A DNA stretch of 64,000 nt from contig JANJGN010000189.1 in NCBI GenBank assembly GCA_026770705.1, forward strand, positions 372,001 to 436,000, read 5' to 3'. This document shows positions 49,231 through 62,482 of this stretch, one piece after another. The notes under the pieces were generated by a model. The model was not told the DNA's origin. It saw only the letters and a list, made by a program, of their open reading frames with translations, and made no database searches. Source of the DNA: Isurus oxyrinchus (lineage: Eukaryota). Numbering within the stretch: position 1 is the stretch's first letter; every line of letters starts with the position of its first letter. A program made the position numbers and the translations under genes.

Positions 49231-49614
49231 AACATAGCAAAAACATAGGGGCTGGTTCTTATGTCGGCAAATCAGGTGAAGCGCACGCCCCCTAACCCCT
49301 TACTCCTCTCATTGCTCCTCCTTCCTGCCAGACACTTACTATTTTACAAATTGTGTGCGTTGCTTTTATTTCGGACAAGGGGCCTCGAGGGGGAACTGAT
49401 TTACGCTGAGGTTTAGGGGTTAACAGCCATGTCATGTGTTGATCGGTCAGTGTTTACCATGTGGAGACTGTCTGTCACCAGCTTTGTTAATGGTTTATCC
49501 AGGAACATTGAAGGGCATGAACGTTCTTGCTTTGTATGGAACAAGTCACCAACTGGGTTCAGTCATCGACTCAGACTCACATCAACATAAACTGGCTTCT
49601 GACAGGTAAGTTTC

Positions 49615-50205
49615 TATTACATGAGGGTAGGAGGAGGCCATTTGGCCCCTCGAGCCTGCTCCACCATTCAAAGAGTTCATGGCTGATCTGCAAACTAGCC
49701 CCATATGCCTTTGTCCCATCTCCTTTAATACCTTTGGATAACAAAAATCTATCAGTCTCACAGGTTTAAAATGAACAACTTGATCGTGCATCAGTTCCTG
49801 TTTGGGGAAGAGAGTTCCAAATTTCTCCCACCCTTTGTATTTCCTAATTTAATTCCTTTTTAGGCTCTGACCCCGAGTCCCAGACTCCCCCCAACCAGGG
49901 GAAATGGTTTCTCTTTATCGCCCCCGATCTGTTCCCCTTAATATCATGCGAACTTTCATCAAATCTCCTGCTTAACATTCTAACTTCCAGGGAATACAAG
50001 CCGAGTTTGTGTTTAATCTCTCCATGTGATTTAACCCTTGGAGTCCCGGTCTCATTCTGGTAAACTGACACTGCTCTCCCTCCGAGGTCAATATATCCTT
50101 CCTAAGGTGTGGGGCCCAGAATGTCTCACAGTGACTCCAGGTGTGGTCTAGCCAGGGCTTTATGTAGACTGAAGCATGACCTCTGCCCCCTTATATTCTA
50201 ATCCG
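49615..50205 (-). mobile_element. CR1 LINE 3' end
   Basis: LGLYSLE and GLEYKGAEVML motifs; CR1-type tail. Confidence 0.8.
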
Positions 50206-51309
50206 TGAGATAGAAAGGGCAGAGTTCCAGAATTGTTGTGTTTATTCGACAACAGAATAACAGAGGAAGGTTTCCTCTCTGCCCTCTTCAGCCCCACTGG
50301 GAAGGTCAGGATGAGAAGGTTGGGCTGGGTCCCCTGTACTGGACACTCGCTGAATCTTCCAATGATAGTTCTGGGCTGGATTTCAAAACGCATAGACAAG
50401 GATTCAGTGTTCCATCACATTCTGCCTTTGTCTCTTTTCCTCTCGTTCTCTTTCTCTACCATCCTCTCTCTCTATCTATCTATCTTTCTCCTCATTCTCT
50501 CCTGCTTCATCTCTATCACTTTCTTTCTACTTCTTTGTGTGTCTCTGTCTGTCTCTCTCTCTCACTCTTTCTTTCCTTGTCCTTATCTCTTTCAGTGTCT
50601 CCCTCTTTCTCTCTCTCTCTCTCTCTCTAAATGTGCCCCTCTCTAACAGTTTGGCCCAGTACTCTTATTTCCCTGTTTTACTGGTGTTCCATTTGAAGGT
50701 ATACAAGACCAGATCAGACCAGAATGTTTATTTTCCAGTGTTTACTGTGTTTTTTTCATTCTGGGTGTCTCTCGACTCTGTCTGTCCCTCTCTGTCCTTT
50801 TATTTCATTCTTTCATGTGATGTGGACATCACTGCCTAGGCCAGCATTTATTGCCCAACCCTAATTGCCCTTGTTCAGAGGCCACTTTTTAAAAGTGAAC
50901 CACATTGCTGTGGGTCTGGAGTCACATGTAGGCCAGACCAGGTAAGGACAGCAGATTTCCCTCCCTAAAGGGCATTTGTGACCCAAATACAAGAATCAGC
51001 AATGGTTTCCTGGTCATCATCGGACTTTTAATTCCAGGATTTTATTGAGTTCAAATTCCACCAACTACTGTGGTGAGATTCTAACCAGGGTCCCAGGAGC
51101 ATTACACTGGGTCTCTGGATTACTGGTCCAGTGAAAATACCATCAGGCCAACACCTCCCCACTCTTCCCTTCCTCCATCTTTCACACTTGTTCTGTCTCT
51201 CTCTCTCACTCTCCTTCTCTCTTCTCCCTCTCTCAGTCTCTGTCTGTCTCTCAATCTCTCTATCACTCTCTATCTCCTGGAGGCTCTCTCTCTGACTGTC
51301 TCCCTACCT

Positions 51310-53060
51310 ATATCTGTAACCTCCTCTCTCTCTCCCTTTCCTCCAGCCCCTACAACCCTCCCTTAGGCAGCCTCCACCTGCCTCTACAATCCTCCCCATC
51401 TCTGTAACCACCTTCAACCCCTACACCCCTCCCTATATCTGTAACCACCTCCAACCCCCACAACCCTCCCCATCTCTGTAACCACCTTCAACCCCTACAC
51501 CCCTCCCTATACCTGTAACCTCCTCCAGCCCCTGTAACCCTCCCTATCTCTGTAACCTCCTCCAGCCCCTACATCCCTCCCTATCTCTGTAACCTCCTCC
51601 AACCCCTACAACCCTCCCTATCTCTGTAACCTCCTCCAACCCCTACAACCCTCACTATCTCTGTAACCTCCTCCAGCCCCTACAACCCTCACTATCTCTG
51701 TAACCTCCTCCAACCCCTACAACCATCCCTATCTCATTAACCTCCTCCAACCCCTACAACCCTCACTATCTCTGTAACCTCCTCCAACCCCTACAACCCT
51801 CACTATCTCTGTAACCTCCTCCAACCCCTACAACCATCCCTATCTCATTAACCTCCTCCAACCCCTACAACCATCCCTATCTCATTAACCTCCTCCAACC
51901 CCTACAACCCTCCCTATCTCTGTAACCTCCTCCAACCCCTACAACCCTCCCTATCTCTGTAACCTCCTCCAGCCCCTACAACAATCCCTATCTCTGTAAC
52001 CTCCTCCAGCCCCTACAACCCTCCCTATCTCTGTAACCTCCTCCAGCCCCTACAACAATCCCTATCTCTGTAACATCCTACAGTCTCTACAACCCTCCCT
52101 ATCTCTGTAACCTCCTCCAGTCCCTATAACCCTCCCTATCTCTGTAACCTCCTCCAGCCCCTACAACAATCCCTATCTCTGTAACCTCCTCCATCCTCTA
52201 CAGTCCTCCCCATCTCTGTAACCTCCTCCAACCCTTCCTATATATGTAACCTCCTCCACAAGCCCATACAATCCTCTCTATCTCTGTAACAACCTCCAGC
52301 CCCACAACACCCTTATACCTGTAACCTCCTAGCCACTGTAACACTCCCTTATCTCTCAAGCCTCCACCAGCCTTGACAATGCTCCCCATCTCTGTAACTT
52401 CCTCCAACCCCCAGTACCCGCCCTATTTCTGTAATCTGTTCCAGTCCCTACAACCCTCCCTATCTCTACAACCTGCTCCACCCCCTGCAACTCGCCCTAT
52501 CTCTGTGTCATCCTCCAGCCCCTAACAACCCTCCCTATTTCTGTAACCTCCTCCAGCCCCTACAACCCTCCCTATCTCTGTGTCCTCCTCCAGCCCCTAC
52601 AACCTTCCCTATCTCTGTAACCTCCTCCAGCCCCTACAACCTTCCCTATCTCTGTAACCTCCTCCAGCCCCTACAACCCTCCCTATCTCTGTAACCTCCT
52701 CCAGTCCCTACAATCCTCCCCATCTCTGTAACCACCTTCAACCCCTACACCCCTCCCTATATCTGTAACCACCTCCAACCCCCACAACCCTTCCCATCTC
52801 TGTAACCACCTTCAACCCCTACACCCCTCCCTATCTCTGTAACCTCCTCCAACCCCTACAACCCTCCCTATCTCTGTAACCTCCTCCAACCCCTACAACC
52901 CTCACTATCTCTGTAACCTCCTCCAACCCCTACAACCCTCACTATCTCTGTAACCTCCTCCAACCCCTACAACCCTCACTATCTCTGTAACCACCTTCAA
53001 CCCCTACACCCCTCCCTATACCTGTAACCTCCTCCAGCCCGTACAACCCTCCCTATCTCT
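51310..53060 (-). repeat. 37-bp minisatellite in inverted orientation, about 47 units
   Basis: Reverse complement of the 47.2-48.6 kb unit. Confidence 0.95.
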
Positions 53061-53309
53061 TGAAGGGTTCTCAAAATTCCCACATTTTCCATATCATCAA
53101 CAAGGATATCACTTTTGCACCTTTAAACTGCTGAGTTAAGTGGAAAACCCTGCAGACAGGAGGCTGGGCCCATGAAGGCCCAAAACCAGTTGTCTGCTGC
53201 ACTTTGTGACAAGCCCCGAATAAGTCCAAGGTCTAGAACCCAGGGAGTGGGAGTGATTCAGACGGCTCAGAAGTCGCAGGTGAAGCTGACACACACCACC
53301 ACACCCTAC

Positions 53310-53770
53310 AAGGGGCTGAATGGCCTCCTCCTGTTCCTGTGTAACGGGCATCAGTGGCTGAATGGGCCTCGTCCTTTTTCTGTGTAACAGGCTCAATAGG
53401 GCTGAATGGGCCTCCTCCTGTTCTTGTGTAACAGGCTCGAGGGGGCTGAATGGGCCTCCTCCAGTTCCTGTGTAACAGGCTTGAGGAGCTAAATGGGCCT
53501 CCTCCAGTTCCTGTGTAACAGGCTTGAGGAGCTAAATGGGCCTCCTTCCGTTCCTGTGTAACAGACATCAGTGGCTGAATGGGCTTGCTCCTGTTCCTGT
53601 GTAACAGTCTTGAGGGGGCTGAATGGCCTCTTCCTGTATCTGTGTAACAGGCTCAATGGGCTGAATGGCCCCCTTCTGTTCCTGTGTAACAGCCTCGAGG
53701 GGGCTGAATGGGCCTCTTCCTGTTCCTGTGTAACAGGCTCGACGGGCTGAATGGCCTCCTTCTGTTCTGT
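53310..53770. repeat. ~44-bp minisatellite
   Basis: Tandem units. Confidence 0.9.
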
Positions 53771-53774
53771 AAAA

Positions 53775-54065
53775 TTGTTGTGATACTGTAACTGCCTCTT
53801 TGGTTTCATTCAGCTGAATCTTCAGCTCTTCAGTCTCTTCCTTGTATCTCTTGCCTTCCTCCTGGAACATTGGACATGGTTGGGTCTTCCCTGCCAACTG
53901 TTTCTTCAGTTTGCTCAGAGCGGCACAGAATTCGCTTTCTTTCTCTTCAGGATTTTCCAGTGGAACCAACTCTGACCTGAGGGACACTTGCAGCCTGTGA
54001 GGATGCTTCAATTCTTCAAACTCATTCCGAGATACACTCTCATATTCCCCCAGCAACTCAGCAAC
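53775..54065 (-). pseudogene. Coiled-coil gene fragment resembling the UACA/ANKRD24/RAI14 family
   Basis: LQVSLRSELVPLENPEEKESEFCAALSKLKKQLAGKTQ..EEGKRYKEETEELK resembles, from memory only, the UACA coiled-coil repeats. Confidence 0.45.
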
Positions 54066-55131
54066 TCCTCCAGTGAAACATTTCAGAGCAGCTGAGCTTG
54101 GTTTTCTGGAACCAGTCTCGGCCCAGAAGACTAGGGCCCTCACCTGTCGCTATGATCACTGGAAGCTGGGCTGTCTGCTGCCTGTAGGACACAGGTACTG
54201 GGATGAGGTCCTTTCCCTGTATGGATTCTCCAGTGTGTGTCTTCAGCTGATCCATTGTTGGCTCTAAATTCAGCGTCTGGGTTCCTTCATTTAGCTGTTT
54301 AAATGTGGGCTCTTCCACCACTGTGTCTGAGGCTCCCGTATCTGCCCCATTACTAGTGGCTGCCCATTCACTTGGGTTGTGATGGTTATAGGTTCAGTTT
54401 TTACCACTGTGACATTGGACAGGGAATAGACATCGGTATCAGCAGCTTCAGGCTCTGTGATATTATTCACTTCCATCATGTTGGTGCACTGCCTGATGGG
54501 CTGTCTCTATTTCACCCTGCATTGCTTTATTACCCGCCCCTTTCTTGTGGCAGTGATGGCATTCTGCCCCCTTGAACCTGCAGGTGTCCAGTACGTGCTC
54601 AATGCCCCCCACATCGAGAACAGGCCAACTTCGGAGTTGCTGCTGAAATACTCCCACGAAGCCTTTTAGTTTCTGGAGCGGCAGAGACTGTCTCTCGCTT
54701 GGCGGCTGTCTCTCTCTCTCTCTCTCTCTCCAGTTTGAGCCTCACGCCCGGTGGTTGTTTCCTGTCCCAGCTGAGGACTGGCGCCATGTTGTACATCCTG
54801 TAAATCCCGCCAGTCTCTCCCAGCACTTTCCATGCCTGGCGCTATTTCCATAGTGCGCTTCAAATCGATGTCGGCTTCTGCGAGTAAACGGCTCTGAATG
54901 GCGTTGGGGTGAACGACACAAACCAATCGGCCCCGCAACATGTCATTGAGTGTGTCTCCGAGGTCCCAGTGCTCAGTCACCTGCTTCCACTTCACTGTAT
55001 AGGTTGCGATGGACTCTCCCTGGGCCCTTACTCTGGAGTTAAACTTAAACCTCTGCATTATTACCCACGGCTTCAGCTGAAAACACATCTTCATGAGGTC
55101 GACTAATTGGTGAAAAGATTTAGAATTGGGT
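54066..55131 (-). mobile_element. Gypsy gag/zinc-knuckle/protease remnant
   Basis: NDMLRGRLVC, CHHCHKKG, PSLLGRDWF; related to 25.8-27.1 kb. Confidence 0.85.
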
Positions 55132-55421
55132 GTAATACACGTCACTGTCTTCAGCTCTGAGACTGTCAATCCTCACTGAACAATTCTTCCCTTCCAAGTC
55201 GCCGATTATTTTAGCACGTCCCACGAATGTGGCCATCCCATAATTGGGATCTTTGGTGTATGTGATGGTATATTTCCATCTATACCAATATTTATACCAA
55301 GCTCCGTGCAGTGCTGTGTAAGAGTGGGAAGGAAAGTCAAAGCTACACGGAATAACCACACAAGAGCTGCTGATGGCCCTCTGAGGCAGCGCCTTCATAG
55401 ACCATCCCTCTGACGTCACTC
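55132..55421 (-). pseudogene. Divergent MAG/sialoadhesin-like V-set exon truncated after EDSDVYY
   Basis: SCVVIPCSFDFP, HGAWY, GRAKIIGDLEGKNCSV; ctttcag acceptor, phase 1. Confidence 0.85.
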
Positions 55422-55529
55422 CTGAAAGGCAACAAGGGAGGGGACAGGACATCAAAAAGCAGAATATTACTTCAATGGAGAGAGGCAGCAGAATGCGGTA
55501 CAGAGGGATCTGGGTGTCCTTGTACATGA

Positions 55530-55925
55530 ATCACAGAAAGTCAGCATTCAGGAACAGCACGGAATGAGGAAGGCAAGTGGAATGTTGGCCTTTATTGCAA
55601 AGGGATGGAGTATAAAAGGAGGGAAGTCTTGCTACAACTGCACAGGGCGTTGGTGAGATTGGATCAGGAGCAGTGTGTACAGTTCTGGTCTCCTTACTTA
55701 GGGAGGGATAGACTCTGCATTGGAGGCAGTTCAGAGGAGGATCACTGGGCTGATTCCTGGGATGAAGGGGGTTTGTCTTATGAGGAAATGTTGAGCAGGT
55801 TGGGCCCTGTATCCATTGGAGTTTAGAAGAATGAGAGGTGATCTTATTGAAACATATAAGATTCTGAGGTGGTGGGGGGTTTGACAGGGTGGATGCTGAG
55901 GGGATGTTACCCCTTGTGGGGGAAT
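55530..55925 (+). mobile_element. CR1 LINE fragment
   Basis: MEYKRREVLLQL...CVQFWSPYL. Confidence 0.8.
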
Positions 55926-56241
55926 CCTGTGAAGCAATAAGGATGTTTTACTGCATTAAAGGTGCTATATAAATGCACTGTCATTCCTATTGAAACAAGC
56001 TCTCTGATGCACAAACAGAAAATGCTGGAAAAACTCAGCAGGTCTGACAGCATCTGTGGAGAGAGAAACAGAGTTGGTGTTTCGAGTCCGTATGAGACTT
56101 TTTCTTTTGCTATATTCTCTGACTCGCTATTCACTCACTCTCTGTGTGATCACTAACCCTGTTCTCTAAAATTAAATGTTCACTTCCTCACTCCAGGAAA
56201 GAATCCAATTCCCTGAGTTCCGATCAGTAATGAATTTGTAC

Positions 56242-56287
56242 CTTGCAGCAAGCTGATGAAGATCAATATCAGACCGACCTCTCCCAT
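56242..56287 (-). CDS. Leader exon MGEVGLILIFISLLQ of the divergent Siglec-like gene (exon starts 56301)
   Basis: tttag acceptor, CAAG|gtac donor, phase 1 matching the V exon. Confidence 0.75.
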
Positions 56288-56559
56288 CTTCAGTTCCTCA
56301 TCTAAATGGAAATGATAAAGACAGAGACTTTTTCAGAAATTGTCCCCAGTGTTTCTTCCTCAAACAATGACAACTTGTGGTTAAATGGCACCTTTCAGGG
56401 AATTAAACAGCCCCAGGGAATAAACTAATGTCAAGACAAGGAAGGAGAGATTGAGAAGGGACATCGCAAACTGATTCACCAAACACGGCAAAAATTCATT
56501 GTTCCCTCACTCCCTGTGCTGGGTGTCCAGATTTTTCTCTCAGTGAGTTTAGTCCTCAC

Positions 56560-57770
56560 AATCTCTATCTATCGCACTCTTCTGCTCTATCTCTCTCTCA
56601 CACACACACATTCTCTCTCTAACACTCACAATCTCTCTCTATCGCACTCTTCTGCTGTATCTCTCTCTCTCAAACACACTCATTCTCTCTTGCTCCCTCT
56701 CCCAAACACACACTCTCTCAGACACACAGACTCTCTCTCTTCCACACACACACACACACCCACACACACACTTTCCCTAAAACAAACACACTCTCCCTCT
56801 CAAACAAACACACATTCTCTCTCCCTCTCAAGCACACACACTCTCTCTCACACACACACTCTCTCTCTCAGACACACACATTCTCTCTCTCTCAAACTTT
56901 CACCATTTCTCTCTATCTCGCTCTTCTGCTGTCTCCCTCTTTCTCTCTCTCACACACAAGTACCCTCTCTCTCTCTCGCACATTCTCTCTCACACACAAG
57001 CACCCTCTCTCTCTCACACACACTCTCTCTCACACACACTCTCTCTCACACACAAGTACCCTCTCTCTCTCTCGCACATTCTCTCTCACACAAGTACCCT
57101 CTCTCTCTCTCGCACATTCTCTCTCACACACAAGTACCCTCTCTCTCACACACGCATTCTCTCCCTCACACACACTCTCTCACACACACACTCTCTCTCA
57201 CACACAAGTACCCTCTCTCTCTCTCGCACATTCTCTCTCACACACAAGCACCCTCTCTCTGTCACTCACACTCTCTCTCACACACGCAGCTCGGCTCAGT
57301 CAGAATGCACACGCAGACACACACACGTACACACACACACACGTACACACATTTTCTCTTGTTCATTCTTTTAAACACACACCCTCTCTCGCACACTCCT
57401 TCTCTCAAACACATACACCCTCTCTCTCAAACACACACACGCTCTCACGCACATGCTCTCTCACATACACACTCTCTCTTTCACACACACATTATCTAAC
57501 ACCCACAGATTCTCTCTCTTTCTTTCTCTCTCACACATAAGCTCTCTCTGTAACACAGACATTCCCTTTCTCTCACACACACTCTCTCTCTCACACAATT
57601 CAGCTACCTCACTCTCTCATGCGTACACACTCTACCTCTCTTTTGCTCTCTCACACATTTTCTCTTTCTCTCTATCCTTCTTTCTCGCACACATACGCAC
57701 TGTCACTCTCTCACACACACATTGTCTCTCTTTCTCACACACGCACTCACTCTCTCTCTCTCTCTCTCCA
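56560..57770. repeat. CT/CA low-complexity tract
   Basis: Base composition. Confidence 0.9.
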
Positions 57771-57837
57771 AGACAGCAGGTTGGGGTTTTCAAACCGTCT
57801 CAAGGTTTCAGCTCAAAACCCAGATGGACTCTCCCCA

Positions 57838-58200
57838 GTGAGGGAGTGCTGAGGGAGTGCTGCACTGTTGGAGGGTCAATATTGAGGGAGTGCTGCACTG
57901 TCAGAGGGTCAGTACTGAGGGAGTGCTGCACTGTCAGGAGGTCAGTACTGAGGGAAACCCTGCTCTATCAAAGGGTCAGTACTGAGGCAGTGCTGAACTG
58001 TCAGAGGGTCAGTACTTAGGGAGTGCTGCACTGTCAGAGGGTCAGTACTGAGGGAGTGCTGCACTGTTGGAGGGTTAGCACTGAGGGAGTGCTGCACTTC
58101 CAGAGGGTCAATACTGAAGGAGTGCTGCACTCTCAAAGCGTCAATGCTGAGGGAGTGCTGCACTGTCAGAGGGTGGACACTGAGGGAATGCTGCTCTGTC
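57838..58200. repeat. 33-bp minisatellite
   Basis: Tandem units. Confidence 0.9.
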
Positions 58201-58409
58201 AGACCTGCCATATTTCAGATGATGTTTGAAATTAGCAACAGGCCTCATGTATAATTATATATCATCAACTCAAAATAAATAGATTATTCCTGTACATTTC
58301 ACTTTACTGTAAATTGTTTGCAGTTTCATCTCCTTAGAAGCCAGGCTTGTGTGATCACTATTTTTAAATAACGTTAATAATAAAGATGCGACAATCCACA
58401 TGCACACAT

Positions 58410-58445
<36 letters not shown>

Positions 58446-59148
58446 ATGTGTAGGCACATACATGCACATTTACACACAGTCATACACGTGCAAAAACCTA
58501 CACAGAAACATACACACACTCAACTCACACACACACACTCACACGTGCACACACATACACATACACATGTACACACATTCACTTATGCACAGAAATATAC
58601 ACAAAGACACACGCACATTTGCGCAAACACATACACACATGCACACACAGACACATGCATGCATACTCACACAAACATACTCACATATGTAGAAACACAA
58701 ACACATACACATAAACACGCGTGAGGTCCCTCTTCTCTCTCAGGGCTGCACTGGAGTCTCGGTGTCAGCTCCGATTCTGTGTTGAAGGAAGGTAAACTCC
58801 AGATCAACAAGACCCTGAACTGGATGAGCAACCTCCTGAACAGAGAATTGTAGATTTACCCCTCAGTGCTCCATCGATCAAATACAATTCATTCCCGTAA
58901 ATCCCTTGGCAAAATCCTGAGGATGTGAAAGTTTCTTTCATTCTAGGTGGACAGCACCTCTACTGGTGGGAGAATGTAACTCCAGTTTGACTGTTTACAT
59001 AGGCAGTGCCCATTATAAATTTGACAGTGGAAGTTATATGGAGGGAAGGTATCTGGAAATGCATACAGACATCAGATACAGAGAGATGATGCATGGAGTC
59101 TTGCTGTGCACGCTGCTTGCTCACATTAAACACTTGATTTGTTCTTAG

Positions 59149-59430
59149 ATGCTCCACAGAATCTCACATTTACTTCTCTTGAAATGATTAATGCTTCATC
59201 GATCAATATAATTGAGGGGAATTCTGCAGTGATAATCTGCTCTGTCGAGAGCTTCCCAGCTTCTAACCTGACGTGGCGACATCTTAATGTCCCAATGAAC
59301 AGAACAAGTTGCAACAATGAGCTGTGGTTGGTGATTCCTCACGTTACATCCAGGGACACTGGAGACTATCAGTGTGTGGCAGAGAATGAACATGGAGCAG
59401 TGGAGGGATACATCACCATCACTGTGGAAC
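59149..59430 (+). CDS. C2-set Ig exon, tandem copy 1
   Basis: 282 nt, open frame, phase 1-1. Confidence 0.92.
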
Positions 59431-59653
59431 GTGAGTGTACACAGACTTCAACATCTCTCACACACACATTCACACATGCAAAAAAACTCATGTGTAGACA
59501 CAAACATGCACGCTTACACACAAACATACGTTCAAACACATACACAGAAACACACACAAACTCAACTCACACATACAAACATTCATGCGCACACAAAGAC
59601 ACACACATGCACACACACTCCCACAAGCACAGACATACAGACATACACACACA

Positions 59654-59688
<35 letters not shown>

Positions 59689-60190
59689 GTCCACACATGT
59701 GCTGACAGACACGCGCATACACACAAATACAAACTCACGTGCAGAAGTACACACACAAGTGTGAGCTCCCTCTCCTCTCTCAGTTCTGCACTGGAGTCTC
59801 GGTGTCAGCTCCCATTCTGTGCTGAAGGAAGGTAAACTCCAGATCAGCAAGACCCTGAATTGGATGAGCAACCTCCTGAACAGAGAAATGTAGATTTAGC
59901 CCTCAGTGCTCCATCGATCAAATACAATCCATTGCCTATCAAGCCCTTGGGGACATCTTGAGAGTGTTAAAGGATGTTTCTTTCATTCTAGAGGGTTAGC
60001 AACTCTACTGGTGGGAGGAAGCAACTGCAGTGTGACAGTTTACATAGGAAGTGTCCATTATAAATATGACAGTAATTTTTCATGAGGGAAGGTACCTGGA
60101 AAAGCATTCCAACATCAGATACAGAGAGATGATGCATGGAGTCTTGCTGTGCACTATGCTTGCTCACATTAAAATCTTTATTTCTTTTAG

Positions 60191-60471
60191 ACGCACCCAG
60201 AATCTCTCAATTAATTCTCTTGATATGATTAACGTTTCATCGATCAATATAATTGAGGGGAATTCTGCAGTGATAATCTGCTCTGTCGAGAGCTTCCCTG
60301 CTTCTAACCTGACGTGGCGACATCTTAATGTCCCAATGAACAGAACAAGTTCCAACAATGAGCTGTGGTTGGTGTTTCCTCACGTTACATCCAGGGACAC
60401 TGGAGACTATCAGTGTGTGGCAGAGAATGAACATGGAGCAGTGGAGGGATTCATCACCATCACTGTGGAAC
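60191..60471 (+). pseudogene. C2-set Ig exon, tandem copy 2, with a 1-nt deletion (281 nt)
   Basis: ACGCACCCAGAAT versus the (AC)GCACCACAGAAT consensus of the other copies; spliced frame stops after 12 codons. Confidence 0.8.
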
Positions 60472-60529
60472 GTGAGTTACTGCAAACTCCAACATCACTC
60501 ACACACGCACACACACACACACACACACA

Positions 60530-60569
<40 letters not shown>

Positions 60570-61286
60570 TACACAGACACACACACACACTGACAGAAAC
60601 CTGTAGGCACACACATGCATAATTATCCACACACAGTCATACACATACAAGCACATACACAGGAAAATACACACCCATCTCAAACACACACACACATTCA
60701 TGCCCACACATAGACACACATATGCACAAACTCTCACTCATGGACAGACCTAGACACACAGACACATGCGCATGCGCACACACAGACACATGTGTGCATA
60801 CACACACAAACACACTCACATGTGCAGAAACACAAACACACAGATACACACACGTGAGTTCCCTCTCCTCTCTCAGTGCCGCACTGGAGTCTTGGTATCA
60901 GCTCCGATTCTGTGTTGAAGGAAGGTAAACTCCAGATCAACAAGACCCTGAATTGGATGAGCAACCTCCTGAACAGAGAATTGTAGATTTACCCCTCAGA
61001 GCTCCATCGATCAAATACAATTCATTGCCTGTCCAGCCCTTTGCGAAATCCTGAGGATGTGAAAGCAAGCTTCTTTCATTCTAGATGGACAACACCTCTA
61101 CTGGTGGGAGAATGCAACTGCAGTGTGACAGTTTACATAGGCAGTGTCCATTAAAAATGTGGCATAAGACGTTATCCTGAGGGAAGTTACCTGGAAATGC
61201 ATTCAGACATCAGATACAGAGAGATGATGCATGGTGTCTTGCTGTGCAATAGGTTTGCTCACATTAAACACTTGATTTGTTTTTAG

Positions 61287-61568
61287 ATGCACCACAGGAT
61301 CTCTCATTTACTTCGCTTAATATGATTTACGCTTCATCAATCAATATAATTGAGGGGAATTCTACAATGATAATCTGCTCTGTCGAGAGCTTCCCAGCTT
61401 CTACCCTGACGTGGCGACATCTTAATGTCCCAATGAACAGAACAAGTTCCAACAATGAGCTGTGGTTGGTGATTCCTCACGTTACATCCAGGGACACTGG
61501 AGACTATCAGTGTGTGGCAGAGAATGAACATGGAGCAGTGGAGGGGTTCGTAACCATCACTGTGGAAC
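61287..61568 (+). CDS. C2-set Ig exon, tandem copy 3
   Basis: 282 nt, open frame, phase 1-1. Confidence 0.92.
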
Positions 61569-62385
61569 GTGAGTGTGGAGATACATTTGTTTGTTTGTTG
61601 TCTCCGTGGTCTCCGTGGAGCCATTGGGATCGTGTTGTTTTTAATCCAGTTTTCTTCAATCCTCGCTCAGTCCACGTTATCCACACACCCAATTTTTCCT
61701 CTCCCTTTCTGTTTTTGCTCTCAGTTTCTCCTTCAATGGTTGTGAGGACAAGGCTGTCAGGTCTTCGTTTCCAATCTCCATACTTGACGACCTTTCGCTC
61801 TCTAACTGTCCTGAACAACCCTTTTAATTGCTGAACTTCTCATTCTTTAATTGATAAATATTATATATAAATGTTACATGGATTACTTTGAAATGCAACA
61901 CCTGTATTCATAAATTGCTTAGAAATTACTAAACATTCAACAGCCAATGAAGCATTATCGAAGTGAGCTCACTGTTGTAATGTAGGAAACACAGGTACTG
62001 ATTTGTGCACAGCAAGATCCCGCAAACCACCGTGTGATAATGACCTGATAGTCGATTATTTCAGTGAGGTTGGTTGTTACATGTGTAGAGACTACATACC
62101 CTTTAGGGAGGGAAGCATGTCTCGATGGGGATGTGACTCCAGTCTCAGACACCAACATGGTTAACTCTTACCTGCCCTCTGAACTGGTCTCCCAGTTTGG
62201 GACAAACCAGTGGTTCAGGAGGAAGACCCCCCACCACCTTCTCAAGGGGAAACTAGGGATGGACAATAAATGTCAGCATTGCCCGAGAATGAGTATTTAA
62301 ACATTGAGTGAGTGTATCGCTTCTCGAGATACATCGGAGCATCATTGTAAACCTGTAGTGCAGTAATTAATGGCTGTTTTTACAG

Positions 62386-62482
62386 GTAGAGACTCCAGTA
62401 AATGGACAGTAGGATTGTTCACGGCTGGGATCATGTTGAGTGTTTTCCTGGCTGGAATCTTCATCTTCATCTGTGTGAGAAA
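62386..62482 (+). CDS. Uncharged TM exon RRDSSKWTVGLFTAGIMLSVFLAGIFIFICVRK
   Basis: ttttacag and gtaagt boundaries, 97 nt, phase 1-2. Confidence 0.88.

Noticed and set aside
56516-58724. His/Thr/Ser/Leu-rich ORFs
   Set aside because: Products of CA/CT microsatellite tracts.
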